DNA from: Bradymonadia bacterium
GTDB lineage: Bacteria > Myxococcota_A > Bradymonadia > UBA7976 > UBA1532
Assembly (NCBI GenBank): GCA_046290225.1
Contig: JBKAGE010000034.1
Coordinates: 343,598 to 407,597, forward strand
DNA length: 64,000 nucleotides
Direction: 5' to 3'
Shown: piece by piece, positions 27,004 to 34,787 of the stretch
Layout of the letters: each line of letters opens with the position of its first letter
Numbering within the stretch: position 1 is the stretch's first letter
Translations under genes and position numbers: made by a program
Notes under the pieces: model-generated
Databases searched by the model: none
Seen by the model: only the letters and a program-made list of their open reading frames with translations
What the model was told of the DNA's origin: nothing

Positions 27004-27643
27004 GCCCATCAGCTGGCTGACCCTGGAACGGTATCACCTCGGCGAGCTCGACCCTTCAGAGGCCACGGCGCTGCAGGCGAAGATCGAGGTCGATCCGACG
27101 CTCGCTGCTCGACTCGCACAGATCGAGGCAGGCACTTCACTGAAGCCGCTCCCGGTTCAGAATGCACCACAGCCCACGTGGACGATGTGGAAGTGGGCGC
27201 TCCCCATCGCCGCAGTTGCAGCCGTCGCAGTGGCCGTGTTGCCTGGCAAGTCAGTGGTCCCACCTGGGTACATCGGTGCCAAAGGTGGAGAGCCTTTGTC
27301 TCTCACCCTGGTGGCCCAAAGGGGCGATCAGTATGTGCCCATCTCTCACCAATTTACCCCTGATGACGTGCTCAAGGTGCAGGTGACCTGCGCTCCGCCT
27401 GACCAGGAGCGCGTTCAGGTGGTGGTCTTCCAAGAGGACGGAGCCAGCTTCCCTTATCCTGAGCCGCCAGAGGTTCAATGCGGGAACGCAGTTTTGTTGC
27501 CCGGCGCTTTTAGAATCGACCCTGCCGAAGCCAGGGTGTGCGCGCTGCTCTCGGCAGACCATGTCGACCGAGCCCGTTTCCTCTCTGATGGGGTGAAGGC
27601 TCTCCCCGCCCACGCACAGTGCATAACGATCGCCCCATTGTGA
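26996..27643 (+). CDS. anti-sigma factor (N-terminal cytoplasmic anti-sigma domain, one TM helix, periplasmic domain)
   Basis: overlaps the sigma-factor gene by 8 nt; N-terminal WLTLERYHLGELDPSEATALQAKIEVDP motif; TM WKWALPIAAVAAVAVAVL. Confidence 0.7.
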   Translation: MHEPISWLTLERYHLGELDPSEATALQAKIEVDPTLAARLAQIEAGTSLKPLPVQNAPQPTWTMWKWALPIAAVAAVAVAVLPGKSVVPPGYIGAKGGEPLSLTLVAQRGDQYVPISHQFTPDDVLKVQVTCAPPDQERVQVVVFQEDGASFPYPEPPEVQCGNAVLLPGAFRIDPAEARVCALLSADHVDRARFLSDGVKALPAHAQCITIAPL

Positions 27644-27789
27644 ACCTCGACACAGTCGATGCTGTGAACCGCCGTTGACGCCCCGTCGAATCCCGCCTGA
27701 AAACTGGCCTTTTCAGATCTGGCACGGCCCCTGCTTTATCCCCTGGCGTCCGCAATCGAGACCCACACTGAGACGGGAGAGCACCTCAC

Positions 27790-29373
27790 ATGGCCCACGC
27801 GACACTCAAAGCCCTCATGCCTCTGGCCCTCGCCACCCTCACTGCCTGTGGCGCAATGGATGATGATGCCTACGACAGCGGGGATCAGGGCGGGGCCTAC
27901 TATCCCCCGGCACCGAACAACGGCTATGTCCCGCCGCAAGAGACCCCGCCCAGCGGGGATCCTCAGTCCGGGGAGCAATATGAGCACTACGGCCACAACC
28001 CCTTCGTGGACGCTGAAGAGGACAACCTCGCCACCTTCGCCATCGACGTGGACACTGCGAGCTACACGCTCACCCGCAGGAACATCAACAATGGCTGGCT
28101 GCCGGATCCTGCTTCGATCCGTGTGGAAGAGTTCATCAACTACTTCAAGTACGCCGACGAGGGCCCTGCCCCCTCCGACGCTCGCCCCTTCGCCATTCAC
28201 ATGGAGGTGGCGCCCTCGTTGTTCGGTGACAGCGCTGGCGGCCAGGCCGCGGACGATGTGGAGCGCTCGCTGATGCGGGTGAACATTCGCGGCATCGATC
28301 TCGAAAACGAAGAGCGCAAGTCCGCGAACCTCGTGTTCCTGCTCGACGTCTCCGGCTCCATGTCCAGCCCCGACAAGCTGGGTCTCGTGCAGTACAGTAT
28401 GCGACGTCTCACGGAGACATTGCGCCCCGACGACACCATCAGCATCGTGGTCTATGCGGGCGCCGACGGCGTGGTGCTCCCCCCCACCCCGGTCTCCAAC
28501 GCTGGCCGCATCATCGATGCTGTCGAGAGCCTGCGACCTGGTGGCGGGACCAACGGCGAGGCGGGCATTCGCACGGCCTACCGCCTCGCTCAGGAAGCCT
28601 ACAAGAACGACGGCATCAACCGGGTGATCCTGTGTACCGACGGCGACTTCAACGTGGGCCTCACCGGCGACGCCCTGGTGGGGCTCATCGAGGAGAAGCG
28701 CGACGAGGGTGTCACCCTCACGGTCCTCGGCTTCGGCAGCGGGAACTACAACGATCGCACGATGGAGCAGCTGGCCAACAAGGGGAACGGCAACTACGCG
28801 TACATCGACCAGATCGCCGAAGCGGAGCGGGTGCTCGTCGAAGGCATCACCGGCACACTGCAGGTCATCGCCAAGGACGTGAAGATCCAGGTGGAGCTGA
28901 ACAGCGACGCTGTGGCCCGATACCGGCTCATCGGGTACGAAAACCGCGACATCGCCGACGACCAGTTCCGCGACGACGCGGTGGACGCTGGGGAGATCGG
29001 CGCCGGCCACCAGGTGACGGCCTACCTCGAGCTGGAGCTACAGCCCAATGTGCGGGCCGACGCCACCCTCGACCTGGCCACGGTCCGGGTGCGCTACAAG
29101 GCCCCTGATGCCACGGCGGACGACGCCGCCCTCGAGGAGGTGGCCCGTACGCTGGAGATGGGGGCCCATCGACGGGACTTCGAGGACGCCAGCGACGACT
29201 TCCAGTTCGGCGCAGCCGTAGTGGAGTTCGCCGAGGTCCTCCGGGAGAGCCCGCACAGCGTCGGTCGCCGCCTCGGTGAGCTTCAGAGCGTAGCCCGCCG
29301 CGCTGCCGGCGACGACGCACGACGCGCCGAGTTCATCGAGCTCGTAGAGCGTGCCGCCACCCTCACCCGCTGA
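27790..29373 (+). CDS. von Willebrand factor A domain lipoprotein (YfbK-like, vWA plus DUF3520-type C-terminus)
   Basis: lipobox LALATLTACG; MIDAS motif LLDVSGSMS; conserved N-terminal FAIDVDTASYT and C-terminal VRVRYKAP.. regions. Confidence 0.8.
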   Translation: MAHATLKALMPLALATLTACGAMDDDAYDSGDQGGAYYPPAPNNGYVPPQETPPSGDPQSGEQYEHYGHNPFVDAEEDNLATFAIDVDTASYTLTRRNINNGWLPDPASIRVEEFINYFKYADEGPAPSDARPFAIHMEVAPSLFGDSAGGQAADDVERSLMRVNIRGIDLENEERKSANLVFLLDVSGSMSSPDKLGLVQYSMRRLTETLRPDDTISIVVYAGADGVVLPPTPVSNAGRIIDAVESLRPGGGTNGEAGIRTAYRLAQEAYKNDGINRVILCTDGDFNVGLTGDALVGLIEEKRDEGVTLTVLGFGSGNYNDRTMEQLANKGNGNYAYIDQIAEAERVLVEGITGTLQVIAKDVKIQVELNSDAVARYRLIGYENRDIADDQFRDDAVDAGEIGAGHQVTAYLELELQPNVRADATLDLATVRVRYKAPDATADDAALEEVARTLEMGAHRRDFEDASDDFQFGAAVVEFAEVLRESPHSVGRRLGELQSVARRAAGDDARRAEFIELVERAATLTR

Positions 29374-30796
29374 GTGCATACACCTCGCCCCTCACCCTCC
29401 CTACGCCACCTTCTGATTGCACAGTCAAGGTGTCGAAGGGGGCTGAGGGCATCACAAGCGCGCTCAACCCTCGCCGCCCACACAGCGAGAACACCTCGAC
29501 CGAGCCGTGATCGATGATGAGCCTGATGCCATGGCTCGCCTGCCCCGGCGCTTCGCAGAGTGTCGGGCCCTCCCGCTGAGCGAACACCGTGGAGCGGTCG
29601 AGAGACATCCCCTCAAATCCCACACGGATCACCACCCGCTCCCCCGCAACACCAGAGAGTGTCACCACCACAGTGAGATCGTCTCGCTCCGGCAGCCAAT
29701 CCACGCTCACATCAGCCACTTCGGGCAGACTCATCTTCAATGTGCTCTCGTTCAGAGGCTTCCAGGGCAGTTCCTGATGCGCACCTCGAAACGCCTCGAG
29801 CTGCTCTGCGGGCAAAGCAGACAGCCGCAAACCCTCAGGTGTCTCTTTCAGTGACAGAGTGCGCGGCGTCGCCATGGCGCCTCGCCATGTCGTGGCCGGT
29901 ACCGTCCGGGCGTACTTCCAGTTGTTCATCCAGCCCAGCATCAACACCGACGTCGATGGTGTCGGAGCCCCAGACCACGTGACGGCTGCATAGTGGTCCG
30001 GTCCGTAGTCCAACCAGAGTGGTTGCTCGATCGGCTCCGCCACGAACCGCTCACCATCAAAGTCACCTACGAAATATTGCGTGCCTGAGCCTGAGTTGGG
30101 GCCACCATCGTCCAGGCTGACCAGCATGATCCAGCGGGTGCGGCCCTCGTATTCGAGGGGGAACACATCAGGGCACTCCCACACGCCTCCATGGGCGCCG
30201 AGGCCTTCACCGAAGTCCGAGCTGTGGTGCCAGCGCCGCAGATCCCGCGAGACCCAAATCTGTACCCGATCCCCAGCGGCGAGCACCATCACCCATCGAC
30301 CCGTGGGCCGGTGCCAGCGCACCTTCGGATCTCTGAAGTCCTTCAGGCCTGGGTTGGGGATGATGGGATTGTCGGGCCATTCACACCAGGTCTGCCCCTT
30401 GTCGGTGCTGTACGCCAGGCTCTGGACCTGATGCCCCTCGGCGGTGGAGTGCGTAAACAACGCAACGATCGAAGGTGCGCCGACCCCAAGTGTGTCGTGG
30501 GCATCAAAGACAGCACACCCGGAGAAAACCATGCCCAGTTCTGGGTGAGGCTTCAGCGCCGGCGGGTGGTATTGCCACCTGACAAGATCGGTCGAAGTGG
30601 CGTGGCCCCAATGAATGTCCCCCCACGAGAGGCCGTTCGGGTTGGCTTGGTAGAAGAGGTGATACACCCCATCGACGTACACCATGCCATTGGGATCGTT
30701 CATCCACCCCACCTCAGGGGTGAAATGGATGATGGGGCGGAGGGGGATGTAGGGCATGTGCTCGCTCTGCGTGGTGAGAGACATCGGGTCTACCAC
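29363..30796 (-). CDS. glycoside hydrolase family 32 (beta-fructofuranosidase/levanase-like)
   Basis: GH32 signature HFTPEVGWMNDPNGMVY...YHLFYQ; RDPKV and EC motifs further in. Confidence 0.8.
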   Translation of the reverse strand: MVDPMSLTTQSEHMPYIPLRPIIHFTPEVGWMNDPNGMVYVDGVYHLFYQANPNGLSWGDIHWGHATSTDLVRWQYHPPALKPHPELGMVFSGCAVFDAHDTLGVGAPSIVALFTHSTAEGHQVQSLAYSTDKGQTWCEWPDNPIIPNPGLKDFRDPKVRWHRPTGRWVMVLAAGDRVQIWVSRDLRRWHHSSDFGEGLGAHGGVWECPDVFPLEYEGRTRWIMLVSLDDGGPNSGSGTQYFVGDFDGERFVAEPIEQPLWLDYGPDHYAAVTWSGAPTPSTSVLMLGWMNNWKYARTVPATTWRGAMATPRTLSLKETPEGLRLSALPAEQLEAFRGAHQELPWKPLNESTLKMSLPEVADVSVDWLPERDDLTVVVTLSGVAGERVVIRVGFEGMSLDRSTVFAQREGPTLCEAPGQASHGIRLIIDHGSVEVFSLCGRRGLSALVMPSAPFDTLTVQSEGGVGRVRGEVYALSG

Positions 30797-30971
30797 GTCC
30801 GGCTCTGCAGGCGGAGCGCCCCAGCATATCCATTCAGATAAACCAACGCGCTAAACCAATCACACCAACATAACCAACTTGAATACGCTTCTCATCCCCA
30901 GCCATCAAACACGCAACAAAGCAATTACATAACAAGCACTTGCACTAAAACAACCTCATCCCCCGGAAAAA

Positions 30972-30988
30972 CTGGCACGCCCCCTGCT
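30972..30988 (+). promoter_or_regulatory. putative sigma54 (-24/-12) promoter: CTGGCACGccccCTGCT
   Basis: matches YTGGCACG-N4-TTGCW with correct spacing and one mismatch (CTGC for TTGC); located about 45 nt upstream of the first tRNA-like gene. Confidence 0.45.
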
Positions 30989-31034
30989 CTAGCCTCAGAG
31001 CGCCGACAGAGAGGCACCTGCTCAGCGCAGACAA

Positions 31035-31151
31035 CGAGGCGTAGCTCAGCCAGGGAGAGCGCCCGCTGTTGAAAAATGGTGTCCGACTGTCTCGACGTCT
31101 TACTTCGCTTTGGGGGCGGGAGGTCGCAGGTTCGAATCCTGCCGTCTCGCA
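31035..31151 (+). ncRNA. tRNA-like RNA (tRNA-Pro-derived) with a ~43-nt insertion at the 5' side of the anticodon loop; candidate Y-RNA-like tRNA mimic
   Basis: 7-bp acceptor CGAGGCG/CGTCTCG, D arm GCTCAGCCAGGGAGAGC, T arm GCAGGTTCGAATCCTGC, anticodon stem CCCGC/GCGGG flanking the insert, then a TTTGGGG loop identical to the tRNA-Pro(UGG) loop. Confidence 0.6.
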
Positions 31152-31223
31152 GTGTGCGCTGAGCAGGTGTCTCTCTGTTGGCCATTGGAGAAACCGGAAG
31201 AAGTTGCTGTTCGGCCCATGCAT

Positions 31224-31332
31224 CGAGGTGTAGCTCAGTCTGGTAGAGCGCTTGATGATGATGTCCGACTGCCTTGATGTCTTACTTCGCTTTGGGTGCG
31301 AGAGGTCGCAGGTTCGAATCCTGCCACCTCGA
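31224..31332 (+). ncRNA. tRNA-like RNA with a ~38-nt insertion in the anticodon arm (same conserved motif); candidate Y-RNA-like tRNA mimic
   Basis: acceptor CGAGGTG/CACCTCG (perfect), D arm GCTCAGTCTGGTAGAGC, T arm GCAGGTTCGAATCCTGC; insert contains GTCCGACTG...TGTCTTACTTCGC followed by TTTGGGT. Confidence 0.6.
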
Positions 31333-31382
31333 TGGATGCGCCGAGCAGGATCTTCCTTCGGGTCGTGGGGCTGCGCCTCTTC

Positions 31383-31489
31383 GGGGGTGTAGCTCAGTGG
31401 TGAGAGCGCTATTACAGATTTCCGACTGTCTGGATGTCTTACTTCGACTGTCAATCGAGAGGTCGTGGGTTCGAATCCCACCGCCCCCG
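31383..31489 (+). ncRNA. tRNA-like RNA with a ~40-nt insertion in the anticodon arm (same conserved motif); candidate Y-RNA-like tRNA mimic
   Basis: acceptor GGGGGTG/CGCCCCC (one GU pair), D arm GCTCAGTGGTGAGAGC, T arm GTGGGTTCGAATCCCAC; insert TTCCGACTGTCTGGATGTCTTACTTCGACTG. Confidence 0.55.
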
Positions 31490-31553
31490 CTCAGCGCAGC
31501 CCCACGACATTTTCGTACGACGCAGTGACTCGAGATCGATGCGCCGTGCTCAT

Positions 31554-31627
31554 CGGAGTGTAGCTCAGCCTGGGAGAGCCGACGGTTTGGGGCCGTAAGG
31601 TCGCAGGTTCAAATCCTGCCACTCCGA
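31554..31627 (+). tRNA. tRNA-Pro (anticodon UGG)
   Basis: 74-nt cloverleaf: acceptor CGGAGTG/CACTCCG, D arm GCTCAGCCTGGGAGAGC, anticodon loop TTTGGGG, T arm GCAGGTTCAAATCCTGC; no encoded CCA. Confidence 0.8.
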
Positions 31628-31733
31628 CAGTGTTTTTCAGATCCTGCCCTTCGGGCGCCCCTCCGCTCCTACGGCTTCGCCTCCGTCGGCTGCGGGGCGT
31701 CCGGCCGCAGGCCGGACAGGATCGCGAGTGTTT
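31628..31733 (+). repeat. structured ~100-bp repeat unit A (multi-hairpin, UUCG tetraloop, GUCCGGCC-GCAG-GCCGGAC hairpin)
   Basis: three near-identical copies in the window (also 31726-31830 and 32061-32165); outer stem GATCCTG/CAGGATC. Confidence 0.75.
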
Positions 31734-31830
31734 TTAGGATCTTGCCCTTCGGGCGCCCCTCCGCTCATACGGCTTCGCCTCCGTCGGTTACGGGGCGTCC
31801 GGGCACAGGCCGGACAAGATCGCGAGCTCA
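31726..31830 (+). repeat. structured ~100-bp repeat unit B (tandem to unit A)
   Basis: about 90% identical to unit A; same hairpin layout. Confidence 0.75.
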
Positions 31831-31860
31831 CGCTCGCTGGTTCAGCCAAGGCGTTTTGAC

Positions 31861-31975
31861 TGCGCCGTGATGGTTCGGGTGAGCTCATCCACTCAGGCTT
31901 CCGACTGACTGGGTGTCTTACTTCGACTGAAACTCCAAGAATGTGGGTGGGCTCTCTCGAGCCATCACGGCGCTG
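31861..31975 (+). ncRNA. stand-alone copy of the conserved CCGACTG-N6-TGTCTTACTTCGACTG motif enclosed by a perfect 12-bp terminal stem (GCGCCGTGATGG/CCATCACGGCGC); candidate small structured RNA
   Basis: direct sequence observation; same motif as in the three tRNA-like insertions. Confidence 0.45.
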
Positions 31976-31986
31976 TCAATACTCAT

Positions 31987-32060
31987 CGGGGTGTAGCTCA
32001 GCCTGGAAGAGCGCACGGTTCGGGTCCGTGAGGCCGCAGGTTCAAATCCTGCCACCCCGA
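31987..32060 (+). tRNA. tRNA-Pro (anticodon CGG)
   Basis: 74-nt cloverleaf: acceptor CGGGGTG/CACCCCG, anticodon stem CACGG/CCGTG, loop TTCGGGT, T arm GCAGGTTCAAATCCTGC. Confidence 0.85.
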
Positions 32061-32165
32061 CAGTGTTTTTCAGATCCTGCCCTTCGGGCGCCCCTCCGCT
32101 CCTGCGGCTTTGCCTCCGTCGGCTACGGGGCGTCCGGCCACAGGCCGGACAGGATCGCAGGCTTC
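32061..32165 (+). repeat. structured ~100-bp repeat unit C (third copy, again directly 3' of a tRNA-Pro)
   Basis: about 92% identical to unit A. Confidence 0.75.
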
Positions 32166-32217
32166 GCCTGCTGCCCATTTCCGCGTGCTGTGGTGACAAC
32201 GGCACTCCACCTGACCA

Positions 32218-32340
32218 CAGATGACTGTTGGTTTGGGTGCATCAACCCGACCAGGAGTCGGCACTTTGTGTGTCAACTCTTAGATGTCCAACTGACCGGG
32301 TGTCTTACTTCGACTGATGCATTCAAACGAGCAGTCATCT
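32218..32340 (+). ncRNA. second stand-alone copy of the conserved motif (GTCCAACTGACCGGGTGTCTTACTTCGACTG) enclosed by a 9-bp terminal stem (AGATGACTG/CAGTCATCT); candidate small structured RNA immediately upstream of rsr
   Basis: direct sequence observation; internal hairpin TTGGGTGCATCAACCCGA. Confidence 0.45.
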
Positions 32341-32360
32341 GTATCGGGTGCATTTGACTC

Positions 32361-34169
32361 GTGACTGAGCGGAATACACCCGCTCGACTGGAGGATGACA
32401 TGACTCGCGTGTTGAAGACTCAGAACATGAAGCAGTGGCTGACCCAGGGCTGGATCAGCACCTACGAGGGCGCGCCTGCCTACGACTACAGCGACACGCA
32501 CCCGCTCATCCACTTGGTGTTCACCATGGGCTCGGCCCTGTTCACCGACGGCTTCTATGAGACTGAGCAGGCCCAGGTCCGCACCTTCGCACAGTCCCTG
32601 CTCCGGGCGGCCCAGGTCGACCCCAAGTTTCCCTGGCAGTACGCCGCGTGGATGCGTGACCCCAAGCGCGGCAAGGGCAACCGGATCCAGGGCTCCCTGG
32701 CGCCGGCGCTGCTCGACGCCCTGTTGCCCAAGGATCTGCGAGACGAGGCAATCGTCGCCCAGTACACCGCCCTGGCTCTGAGCCATCGGCCCGATGACGT
32801 CACCGCATGCCTGACGCACTACGAGCGGCTTGGCCTCGGCCGCCCCTCAAAGGCGGTGCGGCAGGGCATGGCGCTGGCTCTGACGAAGTTCGACGAGTAC
32901 CAGCTGCTCAAGTACACCGGCAGCCGCCAGAAGGTACGCCTGTGCGATGTGATCTTGATGGTGCGCGAAGAGCTCGAGGCCCTCAGTGATGGTGGCGCTC
33001 TGGCGCTGGCTGTCGGTCGGTACCTGCACGCCCCCACACGATCACGGAAGGATCACCCCTCCCTCGATCGCATGCACCTGACCCGAGCGCGCCGCGCGCT
33101 CTGGGCGATGCCGCCCTCTGGGGCGCTGTCGCCGGAGCTTCCGCTGCAGCTCGAGGCCTCACGGGTGACCTGGGAGCAGGTGCTCAGCCACTTCGGTGCG
33201 GGCAATGATCCGAGCGTGAAGCGCCGCCGTAAGGCAGTGTGGTCGGCGCTGCTCTCCGTGCGCGGGCTGGTACCCGACACTGCTTTGCTGCGCAACGTGC
33301 GCAACATGGTGGAGGCGGGTGTCTCTGCGGATCAACTCACCGAGGTGGTCTCTCAGCGCCGGTTCGACAAGGTCTGGCCGCACCAGGTCTACGCGGGCTA
33401 CAAGGCCGCGCCTCAGCTCGGCGCCCACTTCGAGGCGATCTTCAGCCGCACCCTCGATCGGCTCCCCCTCGGGCGCCATCTGGGCATCGCTGACGCCTCG
33501 GGCTCGATGATGGTGAAGGTGGGTGGCTCGAAGGGCTCGCTCAACGCCATGGATGTGGCGCTGTGCTTCACTGCCATCATGAGCGAGAGCTCCGGCCTCG
33601 GCGCCTCGTTCTCTGATGGCCAGTTCGCGCAGTGGTCTGGCGGCAAGTGCCTCTCGATCGCTGCCCGTGGGCAGCACGAGGGCGCCCTGAAGTTCGCTCA
33701 GAACCCGGCCCTGCGCCGAGGTATGGGCGGCACTCAGGTCTTCGGTGCCGTGATGGAGCTGATCAAGTGGCTGGTGGACCACCCAGAGGTGACCCCGCCG
33801 GACTGCTTGTGGTTCTTCTCTGATATGCAGTTCCACCCGGCGGCGGGCGCGCTCAAGAGCCAGCCCAACGTCATCACGGAGCTGTCGAAGATCCACGGCG
33901 TGTCACTGCAAGGCCCGCCCCTCGAGGCGGCCCTGAAGCTCTACCGGAAGGCCATCGGTCCGGTGGACGTGGTGCTCTGGAATCTGGCTGCCTATGCGCC
34001 TGTGCCGGTGCCCGCGGACATGGAAGGTGTGCTCTTGGTGAGCGGCTTCGACACCAACACTTTCGACACCGTCAGCCGCTGGCGACAAGGGCTGCCGATG
34101 TCCGGTGAGGGTGCGCCGTCGGTGGAGGAGAGCCAGGAGATCGTTCTGGATAAGATCCGCGCGTTCTGA
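32361..34169 (+). CDS. rsr: Ro60-like ribonucleoprotein (TROVE domain plus C-terminal vWA domain with MIDAS), Rsr homologue
   Basis: TROVE-like N-terminal block LIHLVFTMGSALFTDGFYETEQ (compare Ro60 LCFGSEGGTYYIKEQ); C-terminal vWA with MIDAS LGIADASGSM; size and architecture fit Ro60/Rsr. Confidence 0.7.
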   Translation: MTERNTPARLEDDMTRVLKTQNMKQWLTQGWISTYEGAPAYDYSDTHPLIHLVFTMGSALFTDGFYETEQAQVRTFAQSLLRAAQVDPKFPWQYAAWMRDPKRGKGNRIQGSLAPALLDALLPKDLRDEAIVAQYTALALSHRPDDVTACLTHYERLGLGRPSKAVRQGMALALTKFDEYQLLKYTGSRQKVRLCDVILMVREELEALSDGGALALAVGRYLHAPTRSRKDHPSLDRMHLTRARRALWAMPPSGALSPELPLQLEASRVTWEQVLSHFGAGNDPSVKRRRKAVWSALLSVRGLVPDTALLRNVRNMVEAGVSADQLTEVVSQRRFDKVWPHQVYAGYKAAPQLGAHFEAIFSRTLDRLPLGRHLGIADASGSMMVKVGGSKGSLNAMDVALCFTAIMSESSGLGASFSDGQFAQWSGGKCLSIAARGQHEGALKFAQNPALRRGMGGTQVFGAVMELIKWLVDHPEVTPPDCLWFFSDMQFHPAAGALKSQPNVITELSKIHGVSLQGPPLEAALKLYRKAIGPVDVVLWNLAAYAPVPVPADMEGVLLVSGFDTNTFDTVSRWRQGLPMSGEGAPSVEESQEIVLDKIRAF

Positions 34170-34319
34170 TCGCACAGTCTGATCTCACAGTACGCTCCTG
34201 GTCACGTGACGGCCACATCGCCCATCGAAGCGGTGTGGCCGTTCTCTTTTCGAAAAATGTGCCGTGAGACATGACCAAACCACGCAACCCTTCGCTTCGT
34301 TCCGGGCCGTATCCTGTGA

Positions 34320-34787
34320 ATGCCGATGCACAGCGGCGCGTCCAAGGGCCCTCAACTCACGGTCTGGAGGATTACAGCAAGTGAAGCCAAACGGCTTGCT
34401 CGCGATGTCATGCTGTCGAACATACTCAATTTTCTGTTCAACATCCTGGTATGGGTCATCGTGAAGGTGGTGCAGGCGGCCATCCTGTTCCTGCCCCTGT
34501 TCACGCTCTATGTCATCCTCATCGTCCTGTTCAGCGACACTGACCGCACCGTGGCGCTCAAGCTGGGCCGGGATTTGCCTCCTTCTACAATGGAAGCGAA
34601 CCTCAAGGCGATGACTGGCCCCTTGTACCCCCTGGCCCGTTTCATCCTTTGGGGGATCATCGTCGGGCTCGCCTACTCATTCATCGCCGCCTTCGTCCGC
34701 GCAATCAGGGGGTCCGGCCCTCACGAGGACGCCACAGCGTCTGATGTGCCTCAAGAACAACCCAACAAGCTGGACTCAGGGCTCTGA
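34320..34787 (+). CDS. small integral membrane protein, function unknown
   Basis: three hydrophobic helices; lower-GC context. Confidence 0.45.
   Translation: MPMHSGASKGPQLTVWRITASEAKRLARDVMLSNILNFLFNILVWVIVKVVQAAILFLPLFTLYVILIVLFSDTDRTVALKLGRDLPPSTMEANLKAMTGPLYPLARFILWGIIVGLAYSFIAAFVRAIRGSGPHEDATASDVPQEQPNKLDSGL

Noticed and set aside
27736-29010. 424-aa minus-strand ORF
   Set aside because: Antisense to the vWA (MIDAS-containing) gene.
31035-31489. Interpreting the three insertion-bearing tRNA-like genes as ordinary intron-containing tRNAs
   Set aside because: Not adopted as primary call. Bacterial tRNA introns are group I introns of more than 200 nt, whereas these inserts are 40-50 nt, share a motif with two non-tRNA copies and sit next to rsr. 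The possibility is retained as an alternative in the finding.
31628-32165. Possible CRISPR array (regular repeats near tRNAs)
   Set aside because: The ~100-bp units are contiguous or separated by whole genes, with no short unique spacers of regular length, and they are internally hairpin-rich rather than simple 28-37 bp repeats; no cas genes are in the window.
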